A stretch of 52,300 nt of DNA from a virus (lineage: Duplodnaviria; Caudoviricetes): IMG/VR virus record IMGVR_UViG_3300047476_000672, positions 1 through 52,300 of that record. One strand, written 5' to 3'. Both the position numbers and the translations under genes were made by a program. Shown piece by piece: positions 9,173-18,504 of the stretch. Below the pieces are notes generated by a model that was not told the DNA's origin, did not search any database, and saw only the letters and a list, made by a program, of their open reading frames with translations. Each line of letters opens with the position of its first letter. Positions within the stretch are counted from its first letter, which is position 1.

Positions 9173-9316
9173 ATGTCCCAAACGTCATTCAGCACGTCTG
9201 CTGAAGAGAGGTCTGGTAATCTACCATAACTTATGCCTTGGGCTATTCGTTTACGTAGAGAAACGACCACATAAGTGAGCTGTTCTAATGGTAAGCCTCG
9301 TGGTACTGTTAATTAT

Positions 9317-9724
9317 TTAGAACGGAGCTCCGTCATCCATCATCTCATCTACGAAAATTTTTGCTGGCTTACCTGCCGGCTTAGAGCCTTTATCTTGTGA
9401 AGCCTTAGAGAAAGTCTTAAACATAGTACATGAAATATCTTTGCGCTCTCTCTTCTCACCTTCTTTAGTGGTCCAAGAGTTAGTTGAAATACTTCCTTCT
9501 ACATAAATCTTATCTCCTTTAGAGATTGAAGAGGCTCTTTCAGCAAGGCCAGGTATAGCGAATATACACTTGTGCCATTCTGTTTTATCAACCCATTCAT
9601 TGTTCTTTTTGTAACCATCAGAAGTAGCTAATGATACCTCTACAATTTTGTTACCGCTTTGAAGTTCCTTAACCTCTACTGTTCCAACATTACCAAGTAA
9701 TGTCACTCTGTTTACTGTGCTCAT
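9317..9724 (-). CDS. ssb: single-stranded DNA-binding protein
   Basis: VNRVTLLGNVG...SLATS...KTEWH...KGDKIYVEGSI; acidic C-terminus DDGAPF. Confidence 0.95.
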   Translation of the reverse strand: MSTVNRVTLLGNVGTVEVKELQSGNKIVEVSLATSDGYKKNNEWVDKTEWHKCIFAIPGLAERASSISKGDKIYVEGSISTNSWTTKEGEKRERKDISCTMFKTFSKASQDKGSKPAGKPAKIFVDEMMDDGAPF

Positions 9725-10109
9725 CTTTTTTCTTTTTTAAATTATTAACGAACTCTATTGCTTGCTTCTGTGATTTCAACCATAAGACATCAGTATCCTT
9801 TTCATCTTTTAGCTGATTCTTTAGCATCTTATATTTAATTTTTGATACTTCCGTTGGGAATCCTTTAGAGTCTATGTAGTAAATAATATTGTTTACATTT
9901 AAAACAAAATCAACTATGATTGTTATAGCTCTAATTGATTCTCCATTGTACTTAAACTTATCTATTAGTGTTATTGTTTTCTGAAAATCAAAATCTAATT
10001 CATTGTTTTTGAATAGATTGTAACAAAACATCTCAAGCTTGGAGTCAAACTTAACTCCATCTACCTCAATCTTTTTGTTTCCGTATTTGCCTTTCTTATT
10101 AAATAACAT
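9690..10109 (-). CDS. DUF1064-like PD-(D/E)XK endonuclease
   Basis: KYGNKKIEVDGVKFDSKLE...VDF...IDSKG; start moved to MLFNKK. Confidence 0.8.
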   Translation of the reverse strand: MLFNKKGKYGNKKIEVDGVKFDSKLEMFCYNLFKNNELDFDFQKTITLIDKFKYNGESIRAITIIVDFVLNVNNIIYYIDSKGFPTEVSKIKYKMLKNQLKDEKDTDVLWLKSQKQAIEFVNNLKKKKDEHSKQSDITW

Positions 10110-10710
10110 AATTCTTTCCGTACACCTCAACAACTATCTTTCCGACACTTGTCTGTGGGTACTTAACGATTACTTTTTTCTTCAGGTAAGATTCAATCTT
10201 TTCAGAAATCCATAGTAAGGCTCTATGAAATATACTTAGTTTATCCTTAATAGTCTTTTCTATCTTCTTTGTTGTTTCTTCCTGATGCTTCTGTGCTATC
10301 TCCTGAAGGACTTCATTACCCTTATACATATCAAAGTCCCGGTCAATAATTAATCGTAGCTTAGGAGGGCTATATGACTCTGGCTTCATTACCTTTCCGT
10401 CTTCACGATACATAGGCTTTCCATCTTCACCCATCTTAGACATATTAGAACGATGAACTTCATCAAAAAGCATTACTGCTCTATCTGCTAATCCATACTC
10501 ATGTATTGTACCGAAGGTGATATACAATATGTCAATCAGCGCATCAGCAACATCAACAATATTGTCTGCTTGTTCTAGTTCATTTACTTCTTCGACAAGT
10601 AAATCCTGTCTTAATCTGGCTCTTTTAGAATCTAGAAGCTGAGGAGTCTTAGGCATTGGTGCTCCAAAAGCTACTTGAAACTCACGAACCTGCATTAGTT
10701 GCTTTTCCAT
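10099..10710 (-). CDS. MazG-like/PRA-PH nucleoside triphosphate pyrophosphohydrolase
   Basis: VREFQVAFG...EEVNEL...VADALIDILY...EVHRSNMSK...REDGKVMKP. Confidence 0.85.
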   Translation of the reverse strand: MEKQLMQVREFQVAFGAPMPKTPQLLDSKRARLRQDLLVEEVNELEQADNIVDVADALIDILYITFGTIHEYGLADRAVMLFDEVHRSNMSKMGEDGKPMYREDGKVMKPESYSPPKLRLIIDRDFDMYKGNEVLQEIAQKHQEETTKKIEKTIKDKLSIFHRALLWISEKIESYLKKKVIVKYPQTSVGKIVVEVYGKNYVI

Positions 10711-10736
10711 CGTTTATTTTCAAGTTATACTGTTTA

Positions 10737-10744
10737 CAAATATA
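10737..10744 (-). promoter_or_regulatory. -7 promoter box
   Basis: TATATTTG on the minus strand, 26 nt upstream of the ATG at 10710. Confidence 0.5.
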
Positions 10745-10759
10745 CAAAATTAGTTAACA

Positions 10760-11074
10760 CTAATGTTCTGAATAGTCGAACATATAGTTGAGTTTTGAAG
10801 AGAACTTAGCGTTGTCAATTGATTTAACCTCAAATATTATTGTATCAAAAGAACCTCTTGATATATACTTTTCGTATATACTATGAAAAAACTTTTTCTT
10901 GTATTTATTAGAAGGAAGTTTACCATCTAACAATATTATCGGATACTTTTCTAGCTTAATTATTCTTCTATCAAACTCTTTCTTTTTTTTTGACCTTGTT
11001 GGTATTGCAACATGAATAATTATGTCAGCTATATATAGACTAGGCTGAGGCTTCTCTTCAAAAATGTCAAACAT
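10760..11074 (-). CDS. hypothetical protein
   Basis: 104 aa ORF in operon. Confidence 0.6.
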   Translation of the reverse strand: MFDIFEEKPQPSLYIADIIIHVAIPTRSKKKKEFDRRIIKLEKYPIILLDGKLPSNKYKKKFFHSIYEKYISRGSFDTIIFEVKSIDNAKFSSKLNYMFDYSEH

Positions 11075-11402
11075 TTCTTTCGTGAATTATCATTATTATT
11101 ATTCTCTCAAGTTCTTTTCTATTCTCTCCAGATATACCATTGTATGCGCACCAGTGGTCCAAGTCATCAACTCCTAAGTGTGTACTGAACTCCTTTTTTA
11201 ATCGCTGAATGTATAGCGTAGCATCCTGAAGCTCTTCCTGAAGGTGATTAAGCCAATCGTATGTACTTAAATCTTCTCTGTCAAGTGTTACACCATACTT
11301 TTTTATTCCTGTGTAGGAGCGTCTGTTAAACTGTTCAATTACATCTTGAACTATAGAATCTTTCTTCATAAATCTGTTGTCGTTGTCGTGTGTTATATTC
11401 AT
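11067..11402 (-). CDS. conserved phage protein, possible all-alpha NTP pyrophosphatase-like fold
   Basis: RSYTGIKKYGVTLDREDL...WLNHLQEELQDATLY motif. Confidence 0.55.
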   Translation of the reverse strand: MNITHDNDNRFMKKDSIVQDVIEQFNRRSYTGIKKYGVTLDREDLSTYDWLNHLQEELQDATLYIQRLKKEFSTHLGVDDLDHWCAYNGISGENRKELERIIIMIIHERNV

Positions 11403-11404
11403 AT

Positions 11405-11767
11405 CTATTTAATTAAATCAATTAATGGGAGGGCTATCCCTTTACTTGTGTCATTGTCTCCTCCTAGTCTATCGTTTTTTGTATTTAAATATTTCCTACA
11501 TTTTTCTTTTAATTCTTTCGTAGAAACAAGAATATATCGGCTATCTGATATTACTATGCAGTAATACTCTGCTTCTGTTGTTGATATACCGCTTGCTTTT
11601 CCTCTGGAACTATATTCTATAAATACATTTCCAGTCTTTTGAGCCATAAAGTCTCTCTTAACTTCTATCTTTTTATCTGAGAATATTTCAGATAACTTAT
11701 CCTCGGCTAATTTACCAAGCTTTAAGTCAAATTTAAAATTAGAACTTCTTTCCATATTAAAAATCAA
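11405..11767 (-). CDS. PD-(D/E)XK-like nuclease fold protein
   Basis: DLKLGKLAE...IEVKRD...TGNVFIEY..RGKASGISTTEA. Confidence 0.55.
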   Translation of the reverse strand: MIFNMERSSNFKFDLKLGKLAEDKLSEIFSDKKIEVKRDFMAQKTGNVFIEYSSRGKASGISTTEAEYYCIVISDSRYILVSTKELKEKCRKYLNTKNDRLGGDNDTSKGIALPLIDLIK

Positions 11768-13136
11768 TATTAGGTTTTAATTGTGTTTGAACGTAGTTAT
11801 CTACGTATTCATCATCTGTATCATCTGGGTTTCTCCATGCCGGTATCCTTGAGTCAAACTTCAAATGTATATCCTCAAGCTCACCATCCCTATGTTTAGC
11901 AACTATCAAGTATCCATCATCAGCTATTATACTAGCGTCTCTTTCTTCTGGATTCATATAGTAACTATTTCTGTATAAGAATGTTACGATGTCTGCATCT
12001 TGTTCAATGTCTCCTGATTCACGTAAATCACTAAGCATAGGTTTCTTATCAACCCTATGTTCAACTGCCCTTGACAACTGAGCTAATGCAATTACTGGTA
12101 TCTTCAAATCGTTAGCCATGTCCTTTAGTTTCCTTGATACGTCACCAACTTCGTTAGTTCTGTTCTGTGTTCCTGGCGATGTTATCTTCTGAATGTAGTC
12201 TATCACAACATAGTCAAGCCCTTCAGAGTGTTTCATCTTATAGATAAGAGAGAGGACATCTGATATGGTGAATGAACCAGCTACTATCTTTAGATTCGAA
12301 GAGATTATACGTCTTCTGGACCTTTCGTATCTACCCCTCTCGCTTGGCGTTAGTATTCCTCTTTTGATTGAGTAACCTGATATGCCGCTGTCTACTGATA
12401 TTATACGCTTCATCACCTGAACATCGTCCATTTCGCATGATATGAATAAACCTTTGTAGTTGTTGCTTATGCTTGCGTTCTTCATTAATCCAAGAGCAAA
12501 TTGCGTTTTACCCATAGCAGGCCGTGCAGCAACTATAATAAAGTTAGTTGGGTGCATACCAGAAGTTATCTTATCAAATCTTTTGTATCCTGTTCTGATT
12601 CCGTTAATTCCACTATTTGTGGCTGCCTCAGACATTTTCTTATCTAACTCATCAAGAAGGTCTTGGTTATTCATTTCCTTCTTGTTGGTTATTGACTTGA
12701 ACTTATTATCTAGGATATGACCCTGCATTAAGTCAATTACTTTCTGCGGTTCATAGTCTTCTGAAGTAGATATTTCTTCTACTTTCTTAGCAAAATCAAT
12801 ATGCTCATGTCTAATACTTTCAGCTATAAGATAATTAATAGCATCCGGAACTTCTTGCTTTTCAGAAAAAGAAAACATACTATAAATCTTTGACGATTCA
12901 GATAGTGCGTTTTGCTTGTGAATTGATTTAGATTTTAGTAACTCTTTAGATACTGTTATTAAGTTTATTGGCTGTTGGTTCATGTACAGATAAACCATCG
13001 CTTCAAAAATTAATTTGTGGATAGGGAGTGAAAACATATCAAGGTTAACCTTTGACATTACAACGTGTGTAGATGATGAATCTGTAAATATCGTATTGAG
13101 AACTAATTGCTCGGAACGTATTTGCATTTGATTCAT
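11757..13136 (-). CDS. dnaB: replicative DNA helicase
   Basis: AARPAMGKT Walker A; VIDYIQ; LAQLSRAVE; LSDLRESGDIEQDAD; AKHRDG. Confidence 0.97.
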   Translation of the reverse strand: MNQMQIRSEQLVLNTIFTDSSSTHVVMSKVNLDMFSLPIHKLIFEAMVYLYMNQQPINLITVSKELLKSKSIHKQNALSESSKIYSMFSFSEKQEVPDAINYLIAESIRHEHIDFAKKVEEISTSEDYEPQKVIDLMQGHILDNKFKSITNKKEMNNQDLLDELDKKMSEAATNSGINGIRTGYKRFDKITSGMHPTNFIIVAARPAMGKTQFALGLMKNASISNNYKGLFISCEMDDVQVMKRIISVDSGISGYSIKRGILTPSERGRYERSRRRIISSNLKIVAGSFTISDVLSLIYKMKHSEGLDYVVIDYIQKITSPGTQNRTNEVGDVSRKLKDMANDLKIPVIALAQLSRAVEHRVDKKPMLSDLRESGDIEQDADIVTFLYRNSYYMNPEERDASIIADDGYLIVAKHRDGELEDIHLKFDSRIPAWRNPDDTDDEYVDNYVQTQLKPNIDF

Positions 13137-13138
13137 AT

Positions 13139-13561
13139 CTATTCTTTTAAGTTAAATTTCGGGGCTACAAATGTAGACTTTTGCTCAATATGTTTTGCGT
13201 TAATCCATTTGTCAATCTGTTCAAGCCTTGAGAAATATTCGAGCGTACAATACTTATAGCTGTTTTCCTTATGGAAATCATCTTCTTTTGCGTTACTCAT
13301 AGCTTCACGAATGTCATCTAATGAGTAGTACTTTAATATTTCTGTGTATTTGTTAGCCACTTTCTTAGTGACTACTCTTGATTTTTTATTGAAAATGGAG
13401 TTAAATATATCAAGAATAACAACTGAACTGTCTTGAGTTGATACTTTATTTAGTGATTCAAAGTCTTTCTCTACGGCATTTATTATTCTATCTTTTTGTG
13501 GACTTGAAAATATTCCAAATATTAAATCAAGTTCTTTCTCTAGGTTCTTGTACTTCTTCAT
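13139..13561 (-). CDS. putative replication initiator/helicase-loader C-terminal-like protein
   Basis: Directly upstream of dnaB; FNSIFNKK...YSLDDIREA...TLEYFSR resembles phage replication-protein C-termini. Confidence 0.45.
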   Translation of the reverse strand: MKKYKNLEKELDLIFGIFSSPQKDRIINAVEKDFESLNKVSTQDSSVVILDIFNSIFNKKSRVVTKKVANKYTEILKYYSLDDIREAMSNAKEDDFHKENSYKYCTLEYFSRLEQIDKWINAKHIEQKSTFVAPKFNLKE

Positions 13562-13928
13562 TGCTTTCCATTAAGAAGTCTTTTATACACTTTATGTTAT
13601 CATTGTAATAATGAGTTGGCTTTCTTTTAGTTATGTGATGTATAACTGTTGCGTGGTTTACCCCAAGAAGCTGGCCTATTCTTACATAAGAAACATAGTA
13701 CTTCATGTATTTTCTATTAGACATCCACCAGAGTAAAAAGTACTGGCATTTATCTTTTAATACAGCGTTTCTGTTTCTTTGGTTTAACTCATAACTACTA
13801 ACGGCAAGTTCGCATAGCTTGTCGTATGTGTTTAAAGCATACTTAGCCTTTTCATTACCAACTTTATCTGCTCCGTTATTGTGTAGCCATTCAAACCACG
13901 GGTTTTCAAATACACTATTCTCCTCCAT
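13527..13928 (-). CDS. HTH protein resembling the DnaA C-terminal DNA-binding domain
   Basis: SYVRIGQLLGVNHATVIHH compared with DnaA SLxxIGxxFGxDHTTVxH. Confidence 0.6.
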   Translation of the reverse strand: MEENSVFENPWFEWLHNNGADKVGNEKAKYALNTYDKLCELAVSSYELNQRNRNAVLKDKCQYFLLWWMSNRKYMKYYVSYVRIGQLLGVNHATVIHHITKRKPTHYYNDNIKCIKDFLMESNEEVQEPRERT

Positions 13929-14454
13929 CTTCTTCTTTATCAGTTAAAAACATTATTGCCTCTCCAAGATTGTCAAGAAAATCTATAACATACTGACAGC
14001 CATTGCCTTCAGTATCCTTTACTTCAAGTATTGGTTTATATTGTTTCTCTATTTGCTTAACAACCTTACCGGTGTAGTGATGAATAAACATAGGATAGAA
14101 TGTATTCCTATTGTTTGTCATAGAGTCTATGTCATTGAGCGCACTCTTTATCTTACAGTAGAATACAACTAGAGTTGTTTTATCTGGGCTGCCAGCATCA
14201 ATTTCTTCTGTTGATTTGTCAATACGTGAATAGACTTCCATTAGTAGCTTATCATCTTCTTCCATCAGTGAATTCATCAATTCATTCATGTGCTTATTCA
14301 TTGATTCTGACCACTTTACACACTCTGTCTTAAACTTATGCTTAAAGTATTTAGAGTCAAATGACATAGAGTCATACTCATTAAATGCTGATGATATTTT
14401 CATTACTGCTCTGAGTAACTTAACCGTGTCTTCGTTTAGTTCCTTTTTTTCCAT
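13915..14454 (-). CDS. hypothetical protein
   Basis: 179 aa helical ORF. Confidence 0.7.
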   Translation of the reverse strand: MEKKELNEDTVKLLRAVMKISSAFNEYDSMSFDSKYFKHKFKTECVKWSESMNKHMNELMNSLMEEDDKLLMEVYSRIDKSTEEIDAGSPDKTTLVVFYCKIKSALNDIDSMTNNRNTFYPMFIHHYTGKVVKQIEKQYKPILEVKDTEGNGCQYVIDFLDNLGEAIMFLTDKEEDGGE

Positions 14455-14933
14455 TACTTAGGTATTGATATTGCTATTGTTTTAGAGCCTTGCTTTTTGA
14501 TTTTAGCCGGTGGAATAACTTCTCCTGCTGAGTCTACCAACTGAGAGTAACCAATTGCATTAATCATTTCTTTCTCTCTTTCTTTAAGGATAACTTTAAG
14601 TGATTCAATCTTTTGGTTAATCATTTTCCATTGGTCATCGTGGCTAAAGTCGTATGTATTAGGTGAGCTTTTAACCTGAATACCACAACCATACACCTTC
14701 TCTCCATCAGAATAATTCTCAGCTTCAGATACGGCAAGGTCCTTAATCTTGTCCATTATTGATGAGGCCATTTCAGCTATACCTTTTGCTTTGATGTACT
14801 GTTCAATAGCGTATTCATTACCCTCCATGACTGAGTGAGCCACGGAGGATGATAGTTTGTCAATGTATTCTTTGGTTATCGTGTCAAAATTGATTGATAA
14901 GCCTGTCTCTTTTTCTTCAAAAATATTCATCAC
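14454..14933 (-). CDS. hypothetical protein adjacent to the recombinase
   Basis: 159 aa; YDFS...LKERE...GEVIPP motif. Confidence 0.7.
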   Translation of the reverse strand: MMNIFEEKETGLSINFDTITKEYIDKLSSSVAHSVMEGNEYAIEQYIKAKGIAEMASSIMDKIKDLAVSEAENYSDGEKVYGCGIQVKSSPNTYDFSHDDQWKMINQKIESLKVILKEREKEMINAIGYSQLVDSAGEVIPPAKIKKQGSKTIAISIPK

Positions 14934-15883
14934 TTCTTAATTATTTTAGCGTAATGCTCGTTACACAATGATTTAAAAGCTTCAATTACATCTTCTGGTT
15001 CTACATTAATGTATTTCTGAACGACTGATTTAGCCCAGGCTACAAACTCATTTGCATCAGAGTACTTAGATATCTCATCTGTATGGGCCATTATTCCAGT
15101 ATTAGACGGTACGTTTGGCTCTTCATCTTCTACTAAAGATTCTTTCTCTAGTTCTTTAGCTTGTCTATCTAGCTCTGCATCAATTTCTTTCTTGATGTTC
15201 TCAGTAGACATTCTGCCATGAGGACCTTTACCAAATACATTCTTGTACTCAAGTGATAGCATTTCACGTAGCGCATCACTTTCTTCTTTCTGAGGTAGCT
15301 CTTGTACTGGCTCTTCTTTTTTAACTTCAACAGGTTCTTGTGGCTTAACTTGCTTCAATTCTCCCCACTTAAATCTAACAGTCCCTTTTTCATCTTTAGC
15401 GGCTAGAAATGTTATTTTGTTATCAGTAAACTCTGCGTGCCACTTCCACTCTTTAATTTTTAGATTGTACGTCTGCTTTGGCCTGCCACCATCCTTAGTG
15501 AATTCATCTTCTCTAAGCTTCACAGATATCACAGGATAGTCGTAAAGCTCTCTACCTATACCAAGATTAAAGCAAGCACGTTTAAATGCGTCAGAAGCCT
15601 CTCCTTTAGCTGCTTCGGTCATTGATTCAGTTCCTACGTCCCATTTCCATACCCACTCACGAGTATTATCATTGTAAATACCTACACCACAGAATAGTTT
15701 ACCATCAATCAGTTTGTAGTCACGTTGCCATCCTGCCGGTGTTAGTACTTCATCTAGTCGGTTCATATCAACTCTGGCGTCCTTATAGGCAAGGATTGTA
15801 GCATAACCACCATTGTTAATTGATTGCACTCTGAAATCTACGTTTGAGATATCAAGAGGTCTTGATAATTGTTTTAAATTCAT
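14930..15883 (-). CDS. Rad52/Rad22 (Sak-like) ssDNA annealing recombinase
   Basis: LAYKDARVDMNRLDEV...WQRDY...WVWKWDVG...KGEASDAFKRACFNLGIGRELY. Confidence 0.9.
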   Translation of the reverse strand: MNLKQLSRPLDISNVDFRVQSINNGGYATILAYKDARVDMNRLDEVLTPAGWQRDYKLIDGKLFCGVGIYNDNTREWVWKWDVGTESMTEAAKGEASDAFKRACFNLGIGRELYDYPVISVKLREDEFTKDGGRPKQTYNLKIKEWKWHAEFTDNKITFLAAKDEKGTVRFKWGELKQVKPQEPVEVKKEEPVQELPQKEESDALREMLSLEYKNVFGKGPHGRMSTENIKKEIDAELDRQAKELEKESLVEDEEPNVPSNTGIMAHTDEISKYSDANEFVAWAKSVVQKYINVEPEDVIEAFKSLCNEHYAKIIKK

Positions 15884-15908
15884 AATTTAAAATGTTGATA
15901 GTGAATAA

Positions 15909-16148
15909 TTAAGCGTTGCCTTGTGTTTTTAAATTCTTGTATAAAGCTTCATTATGCTCTATATTTTCGAATGTCTCAGACATATCCTGCTCATTTGCTA
16001 ATTGTATTGCTGTCTTCATCATTGCCATAAAGTGTGGTGACTGATGAGCTATTACAGCGAGAGCATGAGTTATATCTAGTACGTCTCCGTTTATTTCTAC
16101 TTTAACACCTTCTTCAGTAGATGTTATTTTTAAAAGCTCTAGTTCCAT
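15909..16148 (-). CDS. hypothetical protein (paralogue of 16209..16424)
   Basis: 79 aa; similar hydrophobic pattern to its neighbour. Confidence 0.65.
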   Translation of the reverse strand: MELELLKITSTEEGVKVEINGDVLDITHALAVIAHQSPHFMAMMKTAIQLANEQDMSETFENIEHNEALYKNLKTQGNA

Positions 16149-16208
16149 TATATGCTTAGTAATATTGTTAATCCGATTACGTACCCAAGTACTTCAAAAA
16201 AGTTTTCT

Positions 16209-16424
16209 TTAATCTTCTCCTTCATAGCTGTTTAATAAGTTTCTTAAATTATCATCTAAATTTTCATGCACGCTGATTGCTGCTTCCATCATCTGCTTCA
16301 TAGATGGGTTAGCGTCTAGTAGCATTACAAGTCCGCTAACGATTTCTTCTCCTGTACCTTCTAATTCGACACGAGCTTTGTCTCCTTCAACTGAAAAGCT
16401 GAAGATAACCTTTAATTTTTCCAT
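16209..16424 (-). CDS. hypothetical protein (paralogue of 15909..16148)
   Basis: 71 aa. Confidence 0.65.
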   Translation of the reverse strand: MEKLKVIFSFSVEGDKARVELEGTGEEIVSGLVMLLDANPSMKQMMEAAISVHENLDDNLRNLLNSYEGED

Positions 16425-16435
16425 AAGTTAATTGT

Positions 16436-16702
16436 TTAAAATAAATCGCTATCTATTGTGGCGTAGCGAGTAACCTTCTTTGTATATCTGGACAGAATCT
16501 TCCTGATATCTTCACCTAAAAAATCTGATAAGAATATGTATACGTAACCATCACGAGGTACTGTGTTACCATTAATTAAGTTGTATACATTCTGACTTGA
16601 CAACCAGTTGCCTGGCACTTGTTCTTTAACTAATGCTTGCTGAATGTGTTTCTGGGTGTACCGTTTCTCATCTAACAAGTCTTTGATTCCCTTTTTTGAC
16701 AT
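16436..16702 (-). CDS. Cro/XRE-like HTH regulator
   Basis: IKDLLDEKRYTQKHI...LSSQNVYNLINGNTVPR; own TAAATTTG box at 16716-16723. Confidence 0.65.
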   Translation of the reverse strand: MSKKGIKDLLDEKRYTQKHIQQALVKEQVPGNWLSSQNVYNLINGNTVPRDGYVYIFLSDFLGEDIRKILSRYTKKVTRYATIDSDLF

Positions 16703-16829
16703 AGATTATTTTTTACAAATTTAGTGATTTAAAATTAAAATACAAGTATTATTTACAATTTATCGTTAATAAACTTACCTAGTAACATTCCGAAAGATGT
16801 TCCTAAGAAAAATCCACCGGCAAATAAAA

Positions 16830-17045
16830 TTATTTCCATAGCTCTACAATTTCTTTAATATTAAAATATAATTCTCTGATGTTTAATAAGGGAACAAGTG
16901 ATACTATCATGGTGTAAAGTATTACTTCTGATTGTTCTTTACTTGTTATCATTCCTTTGCTTGAGTATTTCCATTCAAGTAATATCATTCCTGAAAAGAA
17001 AGATAGTACTGAAATGAATAGGTGAGTGAATAAAAGTATGTCCAT
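16830..17045 (-). CDS. small two-TM membrane protein
   Basis: Two hydrophobic segments, VPLLN motif. Confidence 0.6.
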   Translation of the reverse strand: MDILLFTHLFISVLSFFSGMILLEWKYSSKGMITSKEQSEVILYTMIVSLVPLLNIRELYFNIKEIVELWK

Positions 17046-17046
17046 A

Positions 17047-17442
17047 TTATTTGTCCAGTTTTTTTTGTAATAAACTTAATCTGTAATCTATCTCTTTCCC
17101 AATTAAATCAAGGTGCCACGAAGCTCCACCATACTCTATTATCGCCTGTAGGTGGTCATCTTCTAAATCACAAATTGGAATCCATTTCAATGGTTGTTTA
17201 CCGTCCTTTCCTCTTGCTCCTCTGGTTGCATATTTGCGTACTGTTTCGAAGTCATCGTCTGCGTAGATATTTATCTTTTCAATCCTACTCATGTCTTTTG
17301 CTCCGTACCTTTCGTATGCTGTTCCTCCATCAACCATCGCTTCGTTCTGGCAACCGCACGTCTTGTAGTCATGCCTACTGTAGCTGACTATAGTCTCTTC
17401 ACAATCATGGCATTTTACTGCGTTGTAAACTAACTGTCTCAT
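17047..17442 (-). CDS. Zn-binding conserved phage protein
   Basis: CHDC...SRHDYKTCGC...VDGG..Y.R. Confidence 0.7.
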   Translation of the reverse strand: MRQLVYNAVKCHDCEETIVSYSRHDYKTCGCQNEAMVDGGTAYERYGAKDMSRIEKINIYADDDFETVRKYATRGARGKDGKQPLKWIPICDLEDDHLQAIIEYGGASWHLDLIGKEIDYRLSLLQKKLDK

Positions 17443-17636
17443 AGTTTATTTATTTCTTGTTTAACTTGCATATAGTATTGTTCTAATAAACTGCCTAGTG
17501 CGCCTGTGTTAATTAATTCATCACATACAATCAATGCAGCCTTTCGCGCATTCTCTTCCTGCTGTTCTGACGTCTGTGCCTCGACTAGTTCGAAGTACTT
17601 GTCATACAGTTCTTTCGCTTTTTCTTTTGCTATCAT
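17439..17636 (-). CDS. small hypothetical protein
   Basis: True start probably MIAKEKAKEL at 17636; the upstream extension runs through a structured non-coding element. Confidence 0.65.
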   Translation of the reverse strand: MIAKEKAKELYDKYFELVEAQTSEQQEENARKAALIVCDELINTGALGSLLEQYYMQVKQEINKL

Positions 17637-17653
17637 ATCTTTAAAGTTAAAAA

Positions 17654-17827
17654 TAAGTGGTGTTGTCTTAGGCACTTCATTGAGAGGTGCATTCCGTAAA
17701 TCAGCTGTTTTATTTGCATTGTCGACTTTAGCCACCGAACCAGCCACCACTTAGTTATAAAGTAGGCAACTCAAAAGGTCGACCTGTTGCCTCTGCTGGG
17801 TGACACCCCAACACTCGCTTCCTACTT
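17654..17827. ncRNA. two tandem closed stem-loop elements (candidate structured RNAs)
   Basis: TAAGTGGTG(17654)/CACCACTTA(17753) and AAGTAGG(17760)/CCTACTT(17827), each with internal hairpins. Confidence 0.4.
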
Positions 17828-17861
17828 AGTTATGTAAGTCGCAATTGCGCTTATATGCTAG

Positions 17862-18068
17862 TTATAAGAGATTTAAGCGAATCAAATCATCTTTATCAAA
17901 CATAACATCTCTTACTTCTTCGCCACAAGAAGGGCAATTATTAACTCTGTACATTACTGTATCAATCTTAAAATGTGGCATTGCTACAAATATTTTATTA
18001 TTTTCTGGAAATTGCATCCAATTAAATTCCCTTATTAATTTAGGAAAAACTTTACAACATGTATTCAT
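17862..18068 (-). CDS. small Zn-finger-like cassette protein
   Basis: CC...MPH...NNCPSCG; stop codon lies inside the attC-like core site. Confidence 0.7.
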   Translation of the reverse strand: MNTCCKVFPKLIREFNWMQFPENNKIFVAMPHFKIDTVMYRVNNCPSCGEEVRDVMFDKDDLIRLNLL

Positions 18069-18092
18069 ATCTATTAAATTAAAATTAAAAAC

Positions 18093-18176
18093 CTCTTATA
18101 ACAGTGGTTACAATCAAACGGGCGAAACGTACTGTGTTGATAGCCCGTCTGCTCGTAGCCACAAAACGTTATAAGC
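18093..18176. mobile_element. attC-like recombination site 1
   Basis: CTTATAAC-GTGGTTAC-ACGGGC...GCCCGT-GTAGCCAC-aaaac-GTTATAAG imperfect hairpin with AAC/GTT cores. Confidence 0.7.
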
Positions 18177-18194
18177 AAGGCTACATTAGTGCTT

Positions 18195-18464
18195 CTAATA
18201 TAAATCCTCACTGTATAAATTATCGCCTCTAATTTGTGAATGGTCAATAACTTGGGCATTCTCTAAAGCAATTCTCAATCCTTCTTTACGGTCAACAAAT
18301 CTGCCTTTACTTGTCAAAAATCCTTGATGATGTGGATTTCTACTAACCAACTTTGATTGCCATAAAATATTGGCGTGTCTTAATCCACAGTAAATCAATG
18401 GTTCTCCTGCCATATCTTTATCTTCTGGGTTGTGAATTGCTGCACAAATTATTTGTTCTTTCAT
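18195..18464 (-). CDS. conserved phage cassette protein
   Basis: IICAAI...CGLRH...QGFLTSKGRFVDRKEG...LYSEDLY. Confidence 0.8.
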   Translation of the reverse strand: MKEQIICAAIHNPEDKDMAGEPLIYCGLRHANILWQSKLVSRNPHHQGFLTSKGRFVDRKEGLRIALENAQVIDHSQIRGDNLYSEDLY

Positions 18465-18504
18465 TTTATCTTTCTATTTAAGTTTTTACTAATTAAACCG
18501 CCCA

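Noticed and set aside
9195-9270. Possible second hammerhead (CTGAAGA ... GAAAC on the plus strand)
   Set aside because: No stem II closes directly between the two core segments, and there is no matching stem I/III
8409-16702. Lysogeny module
   Set aside because: HTH genes are present, but no integrase, partition system or divergent cI/cro switch is seen in the window
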